NCBI RefSeq assembly: GCF_006345805.1 | Contig: NC_043018.1 | Location: forward strand, 13,640,001-13,704,000 | DNA length: 64,000 nucleotides | Origin: Octopus sinensis | Taxonomy: Eukaryota | Direction: 5' to 3' | In this document: one piece after another, positions 12,257 to 25,019 of the stretch | How positions within the stretch are numbered: the first letter of the stretch is position 1 | Layout: each line of letters opens with the position of its first letter | Position numbers and translations under genes: made by a program | Notes under the pieces: generated by a model | Told to the model about the DNA's origin: nothing | What the model saw: only the letters and a program-made list of their open reading frames with translations | Databases searched by the model: none

Positions 12257-13196
12257 CTAACCAGATAAGGAAGAGAAAGAGAGAAAGACACAGATAGATA
12301 GATAGAAGATAGATAGGTAGAGAGGGCGAGAGAGTATTTTCAGAAAGGGGAGATGAAAAGTGACGGAAAAGCAGTGAAAGAAAGAGTTGTTGATTAATGC
12401 GGAGGAGGAGGAGTAAACTTTGCAAAAGACAGTCACAACATAAGAGGAGGAGGAGGAGGAGGGTTGGCGAAGTATAGAAACGGTATAAGTATGAGCAGCA
12501 AGGTTAATTTGTTTAATTACTGCAAAATATCTGGATCCTTGTGCAAGGAAGATCTACGGACCACTGAAATACCAATGGGGGAATGTAAGAAGTAGGTAAT
12601 GTTTAAACTCTTAATTTTTTGCTCCTCGTGTGCAGATACGTAAAAGCGACGCCGAGTGCGTGTAGTGTTGATGATGCTAGCGATGGTGGTTCAATGGACT
12701 TTTTATTTGTACGTTTTGATTTTGATTGCATGGTATGTATTCTTATGTCGAGAGTACACGAAGTTTGTTGTGGTTTTGCTCTGACTGTAATCTTATTGAA
12801 GGCTTAAAAACAATGAGGAGGAGGCTGAGCGCTCGAATCGCCAACGCACCGGACAAAACGATTTGCGGTATTTTGTCCGTTTTTGGTTGTGAGTTCAGAA
12901 GTCGAGTTTGGTTTACATCGATTCGAAGTTTAAAAAAATTACTAGTCACGTACATTGGTCGATGAAAAAGTACAGGTAAAGGACCGAGGTGGATGTAAGT
13001 AGTTCCCGTCCCCCAAATTTCAGGCCTTACACCTGAACCGAAACGATTATTCACCGTTGCCGTTAACTATATTTTAGTTTATATGGAAATTCAACTTTTT
13101 ACGATAGAATTGATTCAAGATTTGAGAAGTTAGGTAACAGTGCTTGGCTTGTCTTAAATTGTTTTCTTTCTTATATTTTATTTGATTAGTTGCGCG

Positions 13197-13263
13197 ATGA
13201 AAAGAACTCTTGCACTCCTCTGCATTGGCGTACTCGTTTCAAGCACCACGTCGCAGAAGCAAG
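13197..13263 (+). CDS. Knottin gene K2, coding exon 1 (signal peptide MKRTLALLCIGVLVSSTTSQKQ)
   Basis: TTTGATTAG|TTGCGCG-ATG...CAA G|GTAAAT; 67 nt, phase 1. Confidence 0.9.
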
Positions 13264-13549
13264 GTAAATATTCACCACCACCACCATCACTTCAAAGTAA
13301 TTCTAGAGGTGGTGAGAGAAAAAGAGAGAGGAGTGGGGAGAGTCGTTGTTTTTTATGTTTTCAAAGGATGAGGGATTACTCACTCCCATCAAATTTTCTT
13401 GGCTCTTCTATCTTCCATACTATATTTATGGAAGCCCATGTTATTCTTGCGTTTAACATAATAATGTGCATTATCTTTCATTTACTTTTTCCACGTTTAT
13501 TTTCATTTTTATTAGTATGGCTGTTGGGATATTGTTATTATTTACTTAT

Positions 13550-13852
13550 GTGGAGGCGCGTGGCTTAGTGGTTAAGGCGCCAGCATCATGATCGTAAGAT
13601 TGTGGTTTCGATTCCTGGACCGGGCGACGCTCATGGGCCCGGTTTCCCGGTTTCAATGGCGTATGTGTTCCCCAGCTGGATGGGACGCCAGTCCATCGCA
13701 GCGTTACTCATTTTTGCCAGCAGAGAGGACTGGAGCAACGTGAAATGAAGTGTTTTGCTCAAGAACACAACGCGTCGCCCGGTCCAGGAATCGAAACCAC
13801 AATCTTACGATCATGATGCTGACACCCTAACCACTGAGTCACGCACCTCCAC
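13550..13852. mobile_element. Fold-back SINE family C in K2 intron 1
   Basis: 81-bp head (+) at 13550-13630 joined to a full inverted copy whose head is at 13772-13852. Confidence 0.85.
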
Positions 13853-14335
13853 TCACGTGATGTTGATAGCCACAAATTGGCAAAACATCGATATCCATCA
13901 TTCCTAAATCCTTCATAATCTCCAGATTTATCTCCAAAAGATTATCGCATATATCACCACATTGATCTTTTCACCTCTGACCTTGCAATCAAAGAAGAGG
14001 AGGGACCATATTTAAACGATTTATGTATTCAAAGTACAACATGGCTTTCAGAAACGGAATTTATACTCTCTCAAAGTGATAGAAAAAGATGTTGAACCTG
14101 ATGGAGTCCAATTTGACTAATGAATAATGATTATAAATCATTTTCGCTTTTTCCGTTCCAAGTGGCCATTTCGTGTAGAACAACCAAATATAATACATAT
14201 TATACGTATATTTCTCTGGTTATTTAAATATCCGCTGATAGCAGTTGAGCCATTTGTATATTTCTATACACCAGAAAATCTATCCGAAATCCTTGGATGT
14301 TTATTTACCTTTCAGTCTTCTTATATCATATCCAG

Positions 14336-14390
14336 ATCGCAGTATGTCCGAGGCTAGGCCAGAAACAGACCATGACCGCTTGGATGGAGG
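14336..14390 (+). CDS. K2 coding exon 2 (acidic propeptide DRSMSEARPETDHDRLDGG)
   Basis: TATCCAG|ATCG...GAGG|GTAAGA; 55 nt, phase 1 to 2, open frame. Confidence 0.85.
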
Positions 14391-15499
14391 GTAAGAAGTA
14401 TACATTGACAATTGTTTGAGAATGGCGTCAGTAAAAGTGAAAGAATTGTTACAATTCTTTTGTTAAACTGATTCATTTGTGTTAGGCTTATTTTGTAAAG
14501 AGTGTCTCGTGCTTTGCGTAACAAAAATATAATCAGAAAATAGAGTAACTGTCTAGGGGGAAAAATGTTTTGTCTAAATGTTAAACAAAGGTATTTTCTA
14601 CAGAGAATATATCTAAAAGTTATTTTTTATCAAATAAATACGCGATTAAAATGTAGAAGTAGTCTGTCTGACAAACGGATTTTGAAAGGAGGCCACAAGG
14701 CTGTAAAAACCCAACCACAGATAAACAAAACATTATTAGCTGACACAAGTTATATAGAAATGGGAATCAACCAAGGATGTCTCTTTCTTCCTATCATGCT
14801 TTTGCCTACGTCTTCCTGTTAAGTGCAACCAAAAAACTGCTCTTAGATTGGTTACTATTGTGAGTACAACCAAAATTAGTCATTTGCACTCTTCACATCA
14901 CATTGAGTTTTGTTCCAAATTCGTGATCCAGTTTCAGTACCATTATCGCGTTTGGGCTCTACAAATATCCTAGAATAAATTTAGATAATCATAGGAAGTC
15001 TACTTTGGTTAATTTTGAAATTGAAATCAGCCATTGAAAGAAATAAAAACAGATTTTGTGGTGGAAATCAGGAGATGAGCAAAAGTGAACAGTTTCAGAA
15101 TATTAAAATGAGAATACTCTTTTCTACTCTAGGCACAAGGCTAGAAATTTAATTTTTGGGGAGGGGCCAGTCGATTAGATCGACCCCAGAGCGCAACTGG
15201 TACTTAATTTATCGATCCCGAAAGGATGAAAGGCAAAGTCGACCTTGGCGGAATAACTCAGAACGTAGCGGCAGACGAAATACCGCTAAGCATTTCGTCC
15301 GGCGTGCCAACAATTCTGCCCACCATGTCTGCACATATGGTTGTGATGCATGAGCCTGGTGTACCCTTATCAGTTGGGTAGTCATGATGGGTATACCGGG
15401 CTTCGTTTATTTTACCCCAGTGTCACTTTGATGGCATGCACTGCTCTCTCGCTCAATAAAAATTATAATAATTACTGAAATCTGTAATCTTGACGGGAA

Positions 15500-16170
15500 A
15501 ATACGAAAATTGTTGACGATGAATAGAATGCAGCACCGTAAGGCAGATGTAGAACGACTTTATCTGCCAAGAAAAGAGGATGGCCGTGAACTTTTACACC
15601 TTGACTAGACAATGAAGATTGCTAGAATTAGCCTAAACACTTACCTGAAAAACTCTGATGACTGGATGTTAAAACTTATCTCAAAACAAGAAAACAAGAA
15701 AACCGCATACTCAGTAACAAAAGAGGCCGGGTAATATCTAAGTGAATTCCAAATATAGCGAGTCCCAGAATAAGACATACTGGAAACATGCACAGAAAAA
15801 GTGAAGCGTATGGAAACCTCTGCTAAAACTACAGCTTTAGACATTATTACTGATAAATGGCAAATATCCAAAGAGAGTTAATAATGCTGATGTTGACAAA
15901 GCCCTTACCCATCAATGGTGAGTATTTTCTGGCTTAAAATCAGAGACAGAAGAGTTATCATAGCAGCCCAGGATCAATGCTTACCTACAAGAAACTACCA
16001 GGCTAACCATCTTAAAGAACGGCAGTAACCCAACATGTCGTGTACGTAAACAACAGGCTGAAGCCATCAATCATGTTGTCTCCATGTGCAGCCTTCTTGC
16101 GCCTACACGGTATCTCAACAGGCACGACAGATCGGCACAGTATGACACAAACCACCCCCAGTGCTTGAAA
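15500..16170 (+). mobile_element. Degraded R4/Dong-like fragment in K2 intron 2
   Basis: ADVERLYLPRKEDGR and GLKSETE..IAAQDQCLPTRNY motifs with stops. Confidence 0.8.
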
Positions 16171-16389
16171 ATGTGATCCTTTTCAAGCACTGGAGGTGGT
16201 TTGTGTCATACTGTGCCGATACTGTGCCGATGGGTATAATCCAGTGCTTCTTGAGATATCTTGTCTACAGACAAACAAAGAAACAAATACGACTGAAAAC
16301 AATACAATATTTTAATAATAAAAGCTTGCCAGGTCAGAAGGCATTTGGTTGTGAAGTGGTGAAATGATGGAGGCAATTCAACCTGAATC

Positions 16390-17706
16390 CAGTTGGGAAT
16401 ACTTGGGAATACTTGAGGCAGATGGAATCAAAGACAATGACATGAAGGAAAAGACGAAAAGAGAGTAGCTGAGGTGAGCGAGAGAAATACTGGCTTCCGA
16501 GTTGAATGCCAGAAACACAATTTCGGCAATAAACTCGCGCGTAGTCGCAGTAGTTCGGTATGGGACTCGAATCTTGAAGTGGACGAGGAGGAGGAGGTAA
16601 AGGCGATAGACAGGGTGTCAAGAAAGCTCCTAACGATGCGTGGAGCCCATCATCCACATGCAGACACTGATCGCCTATACATGAAGAGAGAAAATGGAGA
16701 AAGGGGACTGATCAGTGTGGAAGACTGCGTGCTTATCGAACACGAGAGCTTAATGAGATACATAGCCCAAAGTAAGGAAACCTTGTTAGTGACAGTTAGG
16801 AACGAGGGAGTATTGGGAGCAGCGAAAAAGGGAAAACAAAAGAAGAAGTACAAAAAGGACACGAAGGAAGAATTACACAAGAAAGAACTACACAATCAAT
16901 TCCATGTAGCCACAACAGAAGTTGCTGGAAAACATAGGTGGGATTGGCTGTTGAAAGAAACTCTAAAAAAAAAAACCGGGAGCACTAAACTGGCAGCGCA
17001 GGACCAAGCTCTGGCCACGAACTGGAAGGTCAACCTGAGGAATGAGCAACTGTCTCCGCTGTGCCGCATCTGCAATAGAGTGGATGAAATCATTGTGTAT
17101 ATCGTGAACAAATGCCCTAGACTTGTTCAAAACCACTACAAGTTGTGGTGACATGACCAGGTAGCGAATGTGCTACACTGGAAACTGTGCGAAATTTGGG
17201 GGCTAGGGGGCAACAAGACGTGGTACGAGAACGAACCGAAGAGAGTGGCGGAGTCGGAGACTTGCAAAATCCTCTGAGGTTTCCTAATCCCAAACAGATC
17301 AGCTGCTAGAGCATAACAGACCGGACCTAGTGGTGGTGGACGAGGTGCACCGCATATGCTATATTACTGACGTTGCATGCTCCTTTGACCCACGAATCGT
17401 GAAGAAGGAAGGCGAAAAAATAAATACAACCCTCTTAAGCTATGGAAAATAATGAAGGTGAAGACAGTGCCGATTAGTGCTGGGTCCTTGGGGTCAGTAT
17501 TAGAAGGCATCAAGAGCAATATAAAGGAAATTGGAATAGAGTGCCCAGTAGAATTGTTACAAAAGGTTGCCTCCTTGGCACGGCCAGAATAATCAGGAAA
17601 GAATTAGCTGAAAAGAGCGAATAGCATAGTGCCATAGGCTGCAGGTAGTAAGCCCGTTACGCATACAAGACTCCAAGAACTCCAACAAAACCTGTGATGA
17701 AGGGAA

Positions 17707-17707
<1 letters not shown>
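16390..17707 (+). mobile_element. 5'-truncated R4/Dong-like element (post-RT, CCHC, endonuclease) ending in (AAT)n
   Basis: YLGILEADG, DRLYMKRENGERGL, AAQDQAL, CRIC..CP..H, RPDLVVVD motifs; stops present. Confidence 0.85.
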
Positions 17708-17783
<76 letters not shown>

Positions 17784-17865
17784 TAATAATAATAATAATA
17801 ATAATAAAATAATAATAATAATAATAATGATAATAATAATAATAATAATAATGATAATAATAATG

Positions 17866-17899
<34 letters not shown>

Positions 17900-17947
17900 A
17901 AATAATAATAATAAATGATGATAATGATAATAATAATAATAATAATG

Positions 17948-17982
<35 letters not shown>

Positions 17983-18218
17983 CAATTCTTTTTTATTGGC
18001 CACAAGGGCTGACACGCATGATTACATAAAGGGACAAGACAGGACGAAAGTTTACAACAGGGTTTTGTCCGTTTGTTAAAAAATCCGTGTAAAAAACTTT
18101 ATAACAATGATTATTAAAACAATGAAAAACTCCCAAAAGGGGGAGACGTTTCGAAAGGTTCCTGGTGGAAAAAACCCTACAAAAGCCAACGGGAGCCTGG
18201 TCTAATAATAATAATAAT

Positions 18219-18250
<32 letters not shown>

Positions 18251-18342
18251 AAATAATAATAATAATAATGATAATAATAATAATAATAATAATAATGATA
18301 ATAATAATAATAATAATAATAATGATAATAATAATAATAATG

Positions 18343-18392
<50 letters not shown>
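17708..18392. repeat. (AAT)n tracts (17708-17983, 18205-18392)
   Basis: Directly visible. Confidence 0.95.
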
Positions 18393-18393
<1 letters not shown>

Positions 18394-18590
18394 TGGGAGC
18401 TAGAGAGAGGCAAAACGTGGTATGAGCACAAACCGCAGAGTGTTGGGGAGTCAGAGACTTGCAAAATCCTCTGGGATTTCCCAATCCAAGCAGATCAGGT
18501 GCTAGGGCATAACAGACCGGACTTCGTGGTGGTTGACAAGGTGCACCACATGTGCCATATAGTTGATGGTTGCATGCCCCTTATGATTTG
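18393..18590 (+). mobile_element. Short R4/Dong-like endonuclease fragment
   Basis: WYEHKPQSVGESETCKILWDFPIQADQVLGHNRPDFVVVD, directly after an (AAT)n tract. Confidence 0.8.
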
Positions 18591-18812
18591 CATTCGTCTT
18601 TTGACAGTCCCGCTTCTGTTGCGACAGAAGCAGGATTGGGAACACTACAATGTTAACACAATCAAAGAAGAATCAAAGTAACTATAGAATCATCTCATCG
18701 GAACGATAGCAATTTAGAGGCTTCGGATATAAAATATGTTTCTATAGTACAGTTGCAACATACCTGGTGTCTTTAGATTGCTAAAATTTCTAATTATTTT
18801 CTCTGTTTACAG

Positions 18813-19032
18813 AAGAAGCAGATATAGGAGAGCCAACATATGCCAAAGATTGACGTGTAATAATCCAGGTGAATTATGCTGTCATGGTCAAAAGTGTTTA
18901 TGTACAGGCCTCTGGTCCTACTGCCACTGCAAATATTCGAGCTGCGCAATAGTTGCGATACATAATTATATATGTATAGGTATTTGTTTGTTAGCTTTTC
19001 TTCTACATGTAGTATGGACCTGTCCGATCTAA
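18813..19032 (+). CDS. K2 coding exon 3: RSRYRR cleavage site, knottin ANICQRLTCNNPGELCCHGQKCLCTGLWSYCHC, hydrophobic tail
   Basis: TTTTCTCTGTTTACAG acceptor, phase 2. Spacing C-4-C-6-CC-4-C-1-C-6-C-1-C; tail KYSSCAIVAIHNYICIGICLLAFLLHVVWTCPI*. Spliced ORF is 113 aa. Confidence 0.92.
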
Positions 19033-19059
19033 GTGCCGCGTTTATTATTAAACATCGTA

Positions 19060-19278
19060 AAGGCGGCGAGCTGGGAGAATCGTTAGCACGCCGGACGAAA
19101 TGCTTAGCAGTATTTCTTCTGTATTTACATTCTGAATTCAAATTCCGCTGAGGCCGACTTTGCCGTTCCTCCTTTCGGGGTCTATAAATTATATACCAGT
19201 TGCATACTGGGGTCGATCTGATCGACTGGCTCTCTCCCTCAAAATTTCGGGCCTTGTGCCTAGAGTAGAAAAGATTAT
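19060..19278 (+). mobile_element. SINE family A (variant tail) in the K2 3' UTR
   Basis: Starts 28 nt after the K2 stop codon. Confidence 0.85.
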
Positions 19279-19954
19279 TCAACATCATATAAAACTAATA
19301 AAATAAAGTCTGAATTAAAATGTTAAGACAAATTTTTTGCGTTCATTCGTCGTACATATGTTCATATATAAATGTTCTTTGCGTAAATCAGACAATCAGA
19401 CAAGATATATTTGCATATAAAGGATCATTGTGTAATGTATATATGCAAATGCGTTGTAGTATGCCCGAAACAAAGTTTCTTCTTTGAACATTACTCTCGT
19501 TCAATGAACAATATCGTTATGTGAAATTGAGAAAACACTAATTTTACAGGACACACGCAAAGTCTGCTATGAAAAAATGTAAAAAATTATATTTACGCAT
19601 CATGCAGTTAAGAAATTATTGAGATGGAGTTTCGGAACAGAACACCCACATAAGTTTAATTTTCTCCGCTTTGACAGGGATCTTCCGAATTTTATTTTTC
19701 ACTCAGACCTTCGAGGTAATGTGTTGGTGGGGACTTTTTATGAAAAATGTTTTTGAAAAATTAATTTTTTTCTTCACCTCAACCCCATTCTCCCGGCAGA
19801 TATTGGTGAATTTTTTTGGCATTAGGCACTTAAAAACAACGAGAGAAGCCTTTTCGGTAAAAAGAAAATTTCAAACAGAAAACTGTGTGATTGAAGGGCG
19901 ATTTGGCTGCTTCTGGCTCATCCTCTTTTCTTTGTCACTGTCACATACTCTTAA

Positions 19955-20166
19955 GTCTTTTACTTGTTTCAGTCATTTGACTGCGGCCATGCTGGAGCAC
20001 CGCCTTTAGTCGAGCAACTCAACTCCGGGACTTATTCTTTTTGTAAGCCCAGTACTTATTCTATCGGTCTCTTTTGCCGAACCGCTAAGTGACGGGGACA
20101 TAAACACACCAGCATCGCTTGTCAAGCAATGCTAGGGGGACAAACACAGACACACAAACACACACA

Positions 20167-20216
<50 letters not shown>

Positions 20217-20392
20217 TACGACGGGCTTCTTTCAGTTTCCGTCTACCAAATCCACTCACAAGGCTTTGGTCGGCCTGAGGCTATAGTAGAAGACACTCGC
20301 CCAAGGTGCCACGCAGTGGGACTGAACCCGGAACCATGTGGTTGGTAGACAAGCTACTTACCACACAGCCACTCCTGCGCCTATGTATTGAT
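19955..20392 (-). mobile_element. tRNA-derived SINE, family B (about 440 bp, internal CA/TA microsatellite)
   Basis: Head AGGCGCAGGAGTGGCTGTGTGG..GGTTCAGTCCC. Partial copies at about 1310-1500, 4950-5150 and 30895-31080. Confidence 0.85.
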
Positions 20393-21843
20393 ATTTTTCC
20401 ATAGCTGTCTTTCCATAAGTACATTTTATGGAATGACGATACGGAAGTAACGGTACATTGCAGCGATTTAAACAATAGCAAAAAATTTGAAATTTAAATC
20501 CCCCACCCCACCCCACCCTACCAAGCGAGGTCATGTGTGTGTGTGTGTAAGAAGGCACACATGGTCGAGATGTAAAGAGAACCCTTTCCTCTTAAAGCTT
20601 TTTTTCTTACAGAATCCCACGTTTTATGCTATGGGGATTCCGATTATGAAAAACAATTTTCAAAAAATCGCAACTTCAAAATTTCAATCCCCGAACCATT
20701 TGTTCATTTTTCACTTTTTCCGGAAATTTTTTTTCGCAAAATACATAGAAAAATACGGAGATTATTATTCTGAAGAAAAAAAAAAAGTTTGTAAAATTTC
20801 AATTTTCCAAAAAGAAAAAAAAATACTCCAATCCCCTCCTCTCCCGATTCTACGGCCTTGGTCTTCAAGCAAGCTATCCACATGGGAGGATAGGCCATCA
20901 AATAACCAGCAGCTTGGTTATTATTCACCGAACGGTAAACCATTCGCAGAATTTCGTTGACTCTGAAACCGGCGCTTGCACAAACGGTCAACATAAAGAT
21001 CTTCACTCGTGAACAAAAGAAAAATTAACAATGGATATATATTGACTTTTTTTTTTCGGAATCTCACGTTTTTGGTTATGGAGGATCTAATTCTGAAAAA
21101 AAAAAAAAATTAAAAAATCGCATTTTCAAAATTTCAATTACCACCCCCTCCTTCATTTTTCACTTTTTCCAGAATTTTTTTTTCCGTACAAACCACATTG
21201 AGGCCTATTGGTCACGAATCGGAAGACGGTTAAAATATGTCACTGGATCATCGGGCAATATGAAATAGTCCCGCATCGATGAATCGATGTATCGAGAAAT
21301 GTATGGATTTACTACGGTTAAGAAAAATTTCCAGAATTTCTATACATTTCTCAAACACGTTTCCGAAGTATATTCCCGCTAAACTCCGCTGGCGTCCATG
21401 GCGGAGGTTTCCAGTTGGAAAAAACAAAAACGAACGAACACTTTAATTTCATTTTGTCATAGTATTTATTTGCTACTTGAAATTTTGAAGTTGCGGTTAT
21501 TGGATGTGCTAGAAACAACAGCTAAATCTCGTTTAAATCGCACAACTTTTCTTGTGAAAATATAATTCTTTTAAACCGCAAAAGCTTCTCCCATCGTTTT
21601 TAAGTGAGTACTACCAAAAAAAAAAAAAAAAAAAAAGCCAAAATCGGTCTGGATGGGAGCAAGGAGGAGAAAGTAGGGAGTGCTAAAAAAATTAGATCGT
21701 GGTAAAAAAGAAACTAGAAAAATCCCCGTCAAACGGAAAAAATCCGACATGGGATGTTCTGATCCGAAACTATTATTGAAATTATTCACTACTCATTTTG
21801 CCCCAATTAAGATATTTTTGAAAATGTAAAATTATCAAATAAG

Positions 21844-21917
21844 ACAATTAATATTCTTTTCTCCATTCCCCCCCCTACTTAGTATGGGGGAAAATTGGAG
21901 AAAAGAATATTAATTGT
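21844..21917. repeat. 22-bp perfect inverted repeat forming a 74-nt hairpin
   Basis: ACAATTAATATTCTTTTCTCCA / TGGAGAAAAGAATATTAATTGT. Confidence 0.9.
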
Positions 21918-23209
21918 TAAACACCGTATTACACTGGTCTTAAAGGTATTCTTCGTTGAGTGATCTTACACTAATGTCGGTTGAATAAAAACAATTTAAC
22001 CAACGCTTTATACTGAATTATTAATATATTTGCTCAAGGAGAAACAAATTATTCTGTGAATCTTCTCAATTAAAAAAGATTTTCTGAATGTTGTTTTTCG
22101 AGAAAATTTCAATTTGTAATCTCAATCATTATGATGGAAATTTTTTCTTACCTTTTTCGCAAATTCACAAACTCGATAATAATTCTGTGACTGGTGGGAA
22201 TAAAATCTTTTAATTTTTATTTCCGTTCTTCTAACCACAACTACGGCAACAACAATATGTTTTCTCTTCAAGTCCTTTGCAACAACAGCAACAACAACTG
22301 ACTCAGACTTAACCTCTGAAACTCTTTAATTCAACCACAATTGATAAAAAGGCTTATTGAAATTTCAGCTTTGTAGATTGCCTTTGCTTACACACCAACA
22401 AGAACCACGACAATTACAACTAAAACCCCTCTACTGACCAATTCTACAGTACACCCGCGCGCATGCGCACACATACACATGTACACGACGCACACATGCG
22501 TTGTTAATTGCCCGCTAGTTTTCACATACCACTAAATCAAAGGAAATTAGATTTATTGCCATTTTTAGCGCAAGCTGTTGTCGCTAAAGTGTCTAAAATT
22601 TCATGAAATAAAACATAGATGTGAAGGTTTTTTTTTGTTTTGTTAAAAGTATCCTTTTCAACAACTGTCTACAAACACAGCCAAGCTGAAATAATGCATT
22701 CTTCCAGGATTGAATAAAAAATTCTCAAACTTGAGGGGATGGGCCCCCATATATGGATTCTAATGGCGCAGGGGCCAACTTGCCAACGGGCAAGCTGGCA
22801 ACCTGGCCAGTCCGCCATTGTCAATACATATTGTATAAAAACCTGGAAGCTGACGAGCTTGCTCGCGTGATTGTGTAAACAGACAATAATCACAATACAT
22901 ATTACATATAAAGAAAATGAATTTCTAGGGTCGCACATAGAATTGTCTTGATGGCATTCTACAATATGGATGACGTATTTTATAAGGTAGAGTTGTATTG
23001 ATTATGAGTATGCATATCTCGTATAGGTGGTCCAGAGGTTACGCTCTATAGAGTAGCAGTCCTATCATCGGGTTAGTCCGTGGTGTAAGGTTCATGGTTC
23101 ATGTGCATTAAGGTGTCACTCAGGTGTGTGTGTGTGTGGGGGGGGGATCATCGGACTTATATGTTCCCTGTTGTTGATTTGTGATCTTTATGTGCCGTTC
23201 CTATCGTAA

Positions 23210-23735
23210 TCTGAAAAGATGTGTCTGTTTGCGTGCATGCATCTTGTCAATCTCTCCGTAAATCGATTAATGATCCTATCTTTCGTCAACAATATACCTT
23301 TCTTTACTACCCACAAGGGGCTAAACACAGAGAGGACAAACAATGACAGAAAACAGATCAAGTCGATTATATCGACCCCAGTACGTAACTGCTACTTATT
23401 TAATCGACCCCGAAAGGATGAAAGGCAAAGTCGACCTCGGCGGAATTTGAACTCAGAACGTAGCGGCAGACGAAAGCATTTCGCCCGGCGTGCTAACGAT
23501 TCTGCCAGCTCGCCTATTTCGTCAACAATATAGACAGGTATTCTTCGGAACACGGTTGGCATCTCCTTGACGATGTTGTACGGATTTGCATGTTTAATTA
23601 TTGACCAGGTCAGGTCGCATTTGACCTTCTCTTTGAGTTTCCAGATGAAATCGGCCAGAAATGTCGAATGTTGTTCATTTACCTTTTTGAAGCAGGTGAT
23701 GTGATTTCTGTATCGATTTTTGTTCTTAATTATTC
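23210..23735 (-). mobile_element. Penelope-like (Neptune-type) GIY-YIG fragment split by a SINE
   Basis: RYRNHITCF..STFLADFIWKLKE..WSIIKHANPY, then EEYLSILL..NRFTERLTRCMH beyond the SINE; 16-bp TSD TTTCGTCAACAATATA. Confidence 0.8.
23300..23515 (-). mobile_element. SINE family A with 16-bp TSD
   Basis: TSD at 23281-23296 and 23517-23532. Confidence 0.9.
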
Positions 23736-24256
23736 AAGAAATGAACTGACACAGAATGAACTCTTTTGTGATAAATTTATTATTGTTCAAGTAATACCAG
23801 ATTCGTCTCCGTTTTTTACCGCACCCCTCCCATAAACTCATGTTAAATGCTGTAATCTGAAACCTTAAACAATTAGCAAGCTGGTTTACATTACTCTGTA
23901 TTTTTAGCTTTGGGACAAAAAGTCGACAAATTTGAACTGGTACTGTTTACATCTCACTTGTCTCCAAATATTGCATAAAAACGGTTTTGTTTCCTCTTGT
24001 TCATAGAGTAACACTAATCCCTTCTAAGTAACGTGACATACAACAAAGAATCGTAACTCCTAAACCCACTCCGTATCACGCATCTTCTTCATACGAATTG
24101 TACAATGAACGTTGATATGTTTTAGCAACTTTCGTGTGTCTATACTTTGAAATATAGCTTTATATGATATCGAAACTCGGTTTAATTGCTATTTGTTGCT
24201 GATTTGGATTACTTTGAATTACGATTATCGCAACACCCAGGCCAGGCGGATCTACT

Positions 24257-24488
24257 CTACAGGTGAAAAGAAGAAAGTAAAGAAATGCTTATACATATAT
24301 AATTACATATTGTTGTAGATTCTGCGCTAACCTCATAAAAGAAAGATTGCACGCATGCGCACTTCATCCAGTAAACATTACAAACACAAGCATGGCCCTG
24401 GCAGCACGTGCTCTCTGGTGTCTTCTCAATGGGACTACATGACTGATGCCATCTGGCGCATATTACCGCTTGTCTCTTGCTTTTGGCT
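24257..24488 (-). CDS. K3 coding exon 3: AKSKR site, knottin QAVICARWHQSCSPIEKTPESTCCQGHACVCNVYWMKCAC, C-terminal tail
   Basis: TTATTTTCAG acceptor, phase 2. Spacing C-6-C-10-CC-4-C-1-C-6-C-1-C, identical to K1; tail ends CNYICISISLLSSFHL*. Spliced ORF is 118 aa. Confidence 0.92.
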
Positions 24489-25019
24489 CTGAAAATAAAT
24501 AAATAAATATTTCTTGGGAATAGGACGCATCGTAGTCTTTCCAATTATCAGGGTACATACCTGTATAACTGGAGAGATTGAAGAGTTTTAATGCAGGAAT
24601 AGGCTAAGCGTAAATGGAAACGCTTATGGGTATTGGAAGAAAATTCGGAGCATATGCGTAGCTAAGTGGAGGAGATGGAATTGGTAGAGATTTGTCACGT
24701 GTTAATCATGTGGACATGACTAGAAATGATGAAGGTTGTCTTTACAGGTGACTGCTTACAGAACCTGTCGTTGTCATTAGATATGTATTTCAATATATGA
24801 GTGGTGAAGCAAATTATAATTATACTCATAATCAGAATTTTTGTATAAGTTTGCCGATAATGATTGTTTTAACATACCGAACTACTTAGTAAAATCATTA
24901 ATTATTAATTAATTAATTAATTAATTTTACCCTTTTTTATTATTGATAATATAATTCTCTCCCTGATAGTAAACGCGTATACAGTTAATCAGAGTCGGGT
25001 AGATTCATTATTTTTTTCT

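Noticed and set aside
12968-12981. AAGTACAG|GTAA as a conserved non-coding exon donor shared with 28570 (K3)
   Set aside because: The K2-side motif lies in a decayed family A SINE (from AAGTACCAG), so the match is probably coincidental.
22845-22880. CTGACGA-GC..GC hammerhead-like start
   Set aside because: GAAA is replaced by GTGA and stems I and III cannot be formed.
24740-24790. Minus-strand CTAATGA followed by an ACAGGT/ACCTGT stem
   Set aside because: Core G5 and the GAAA box are both absent.
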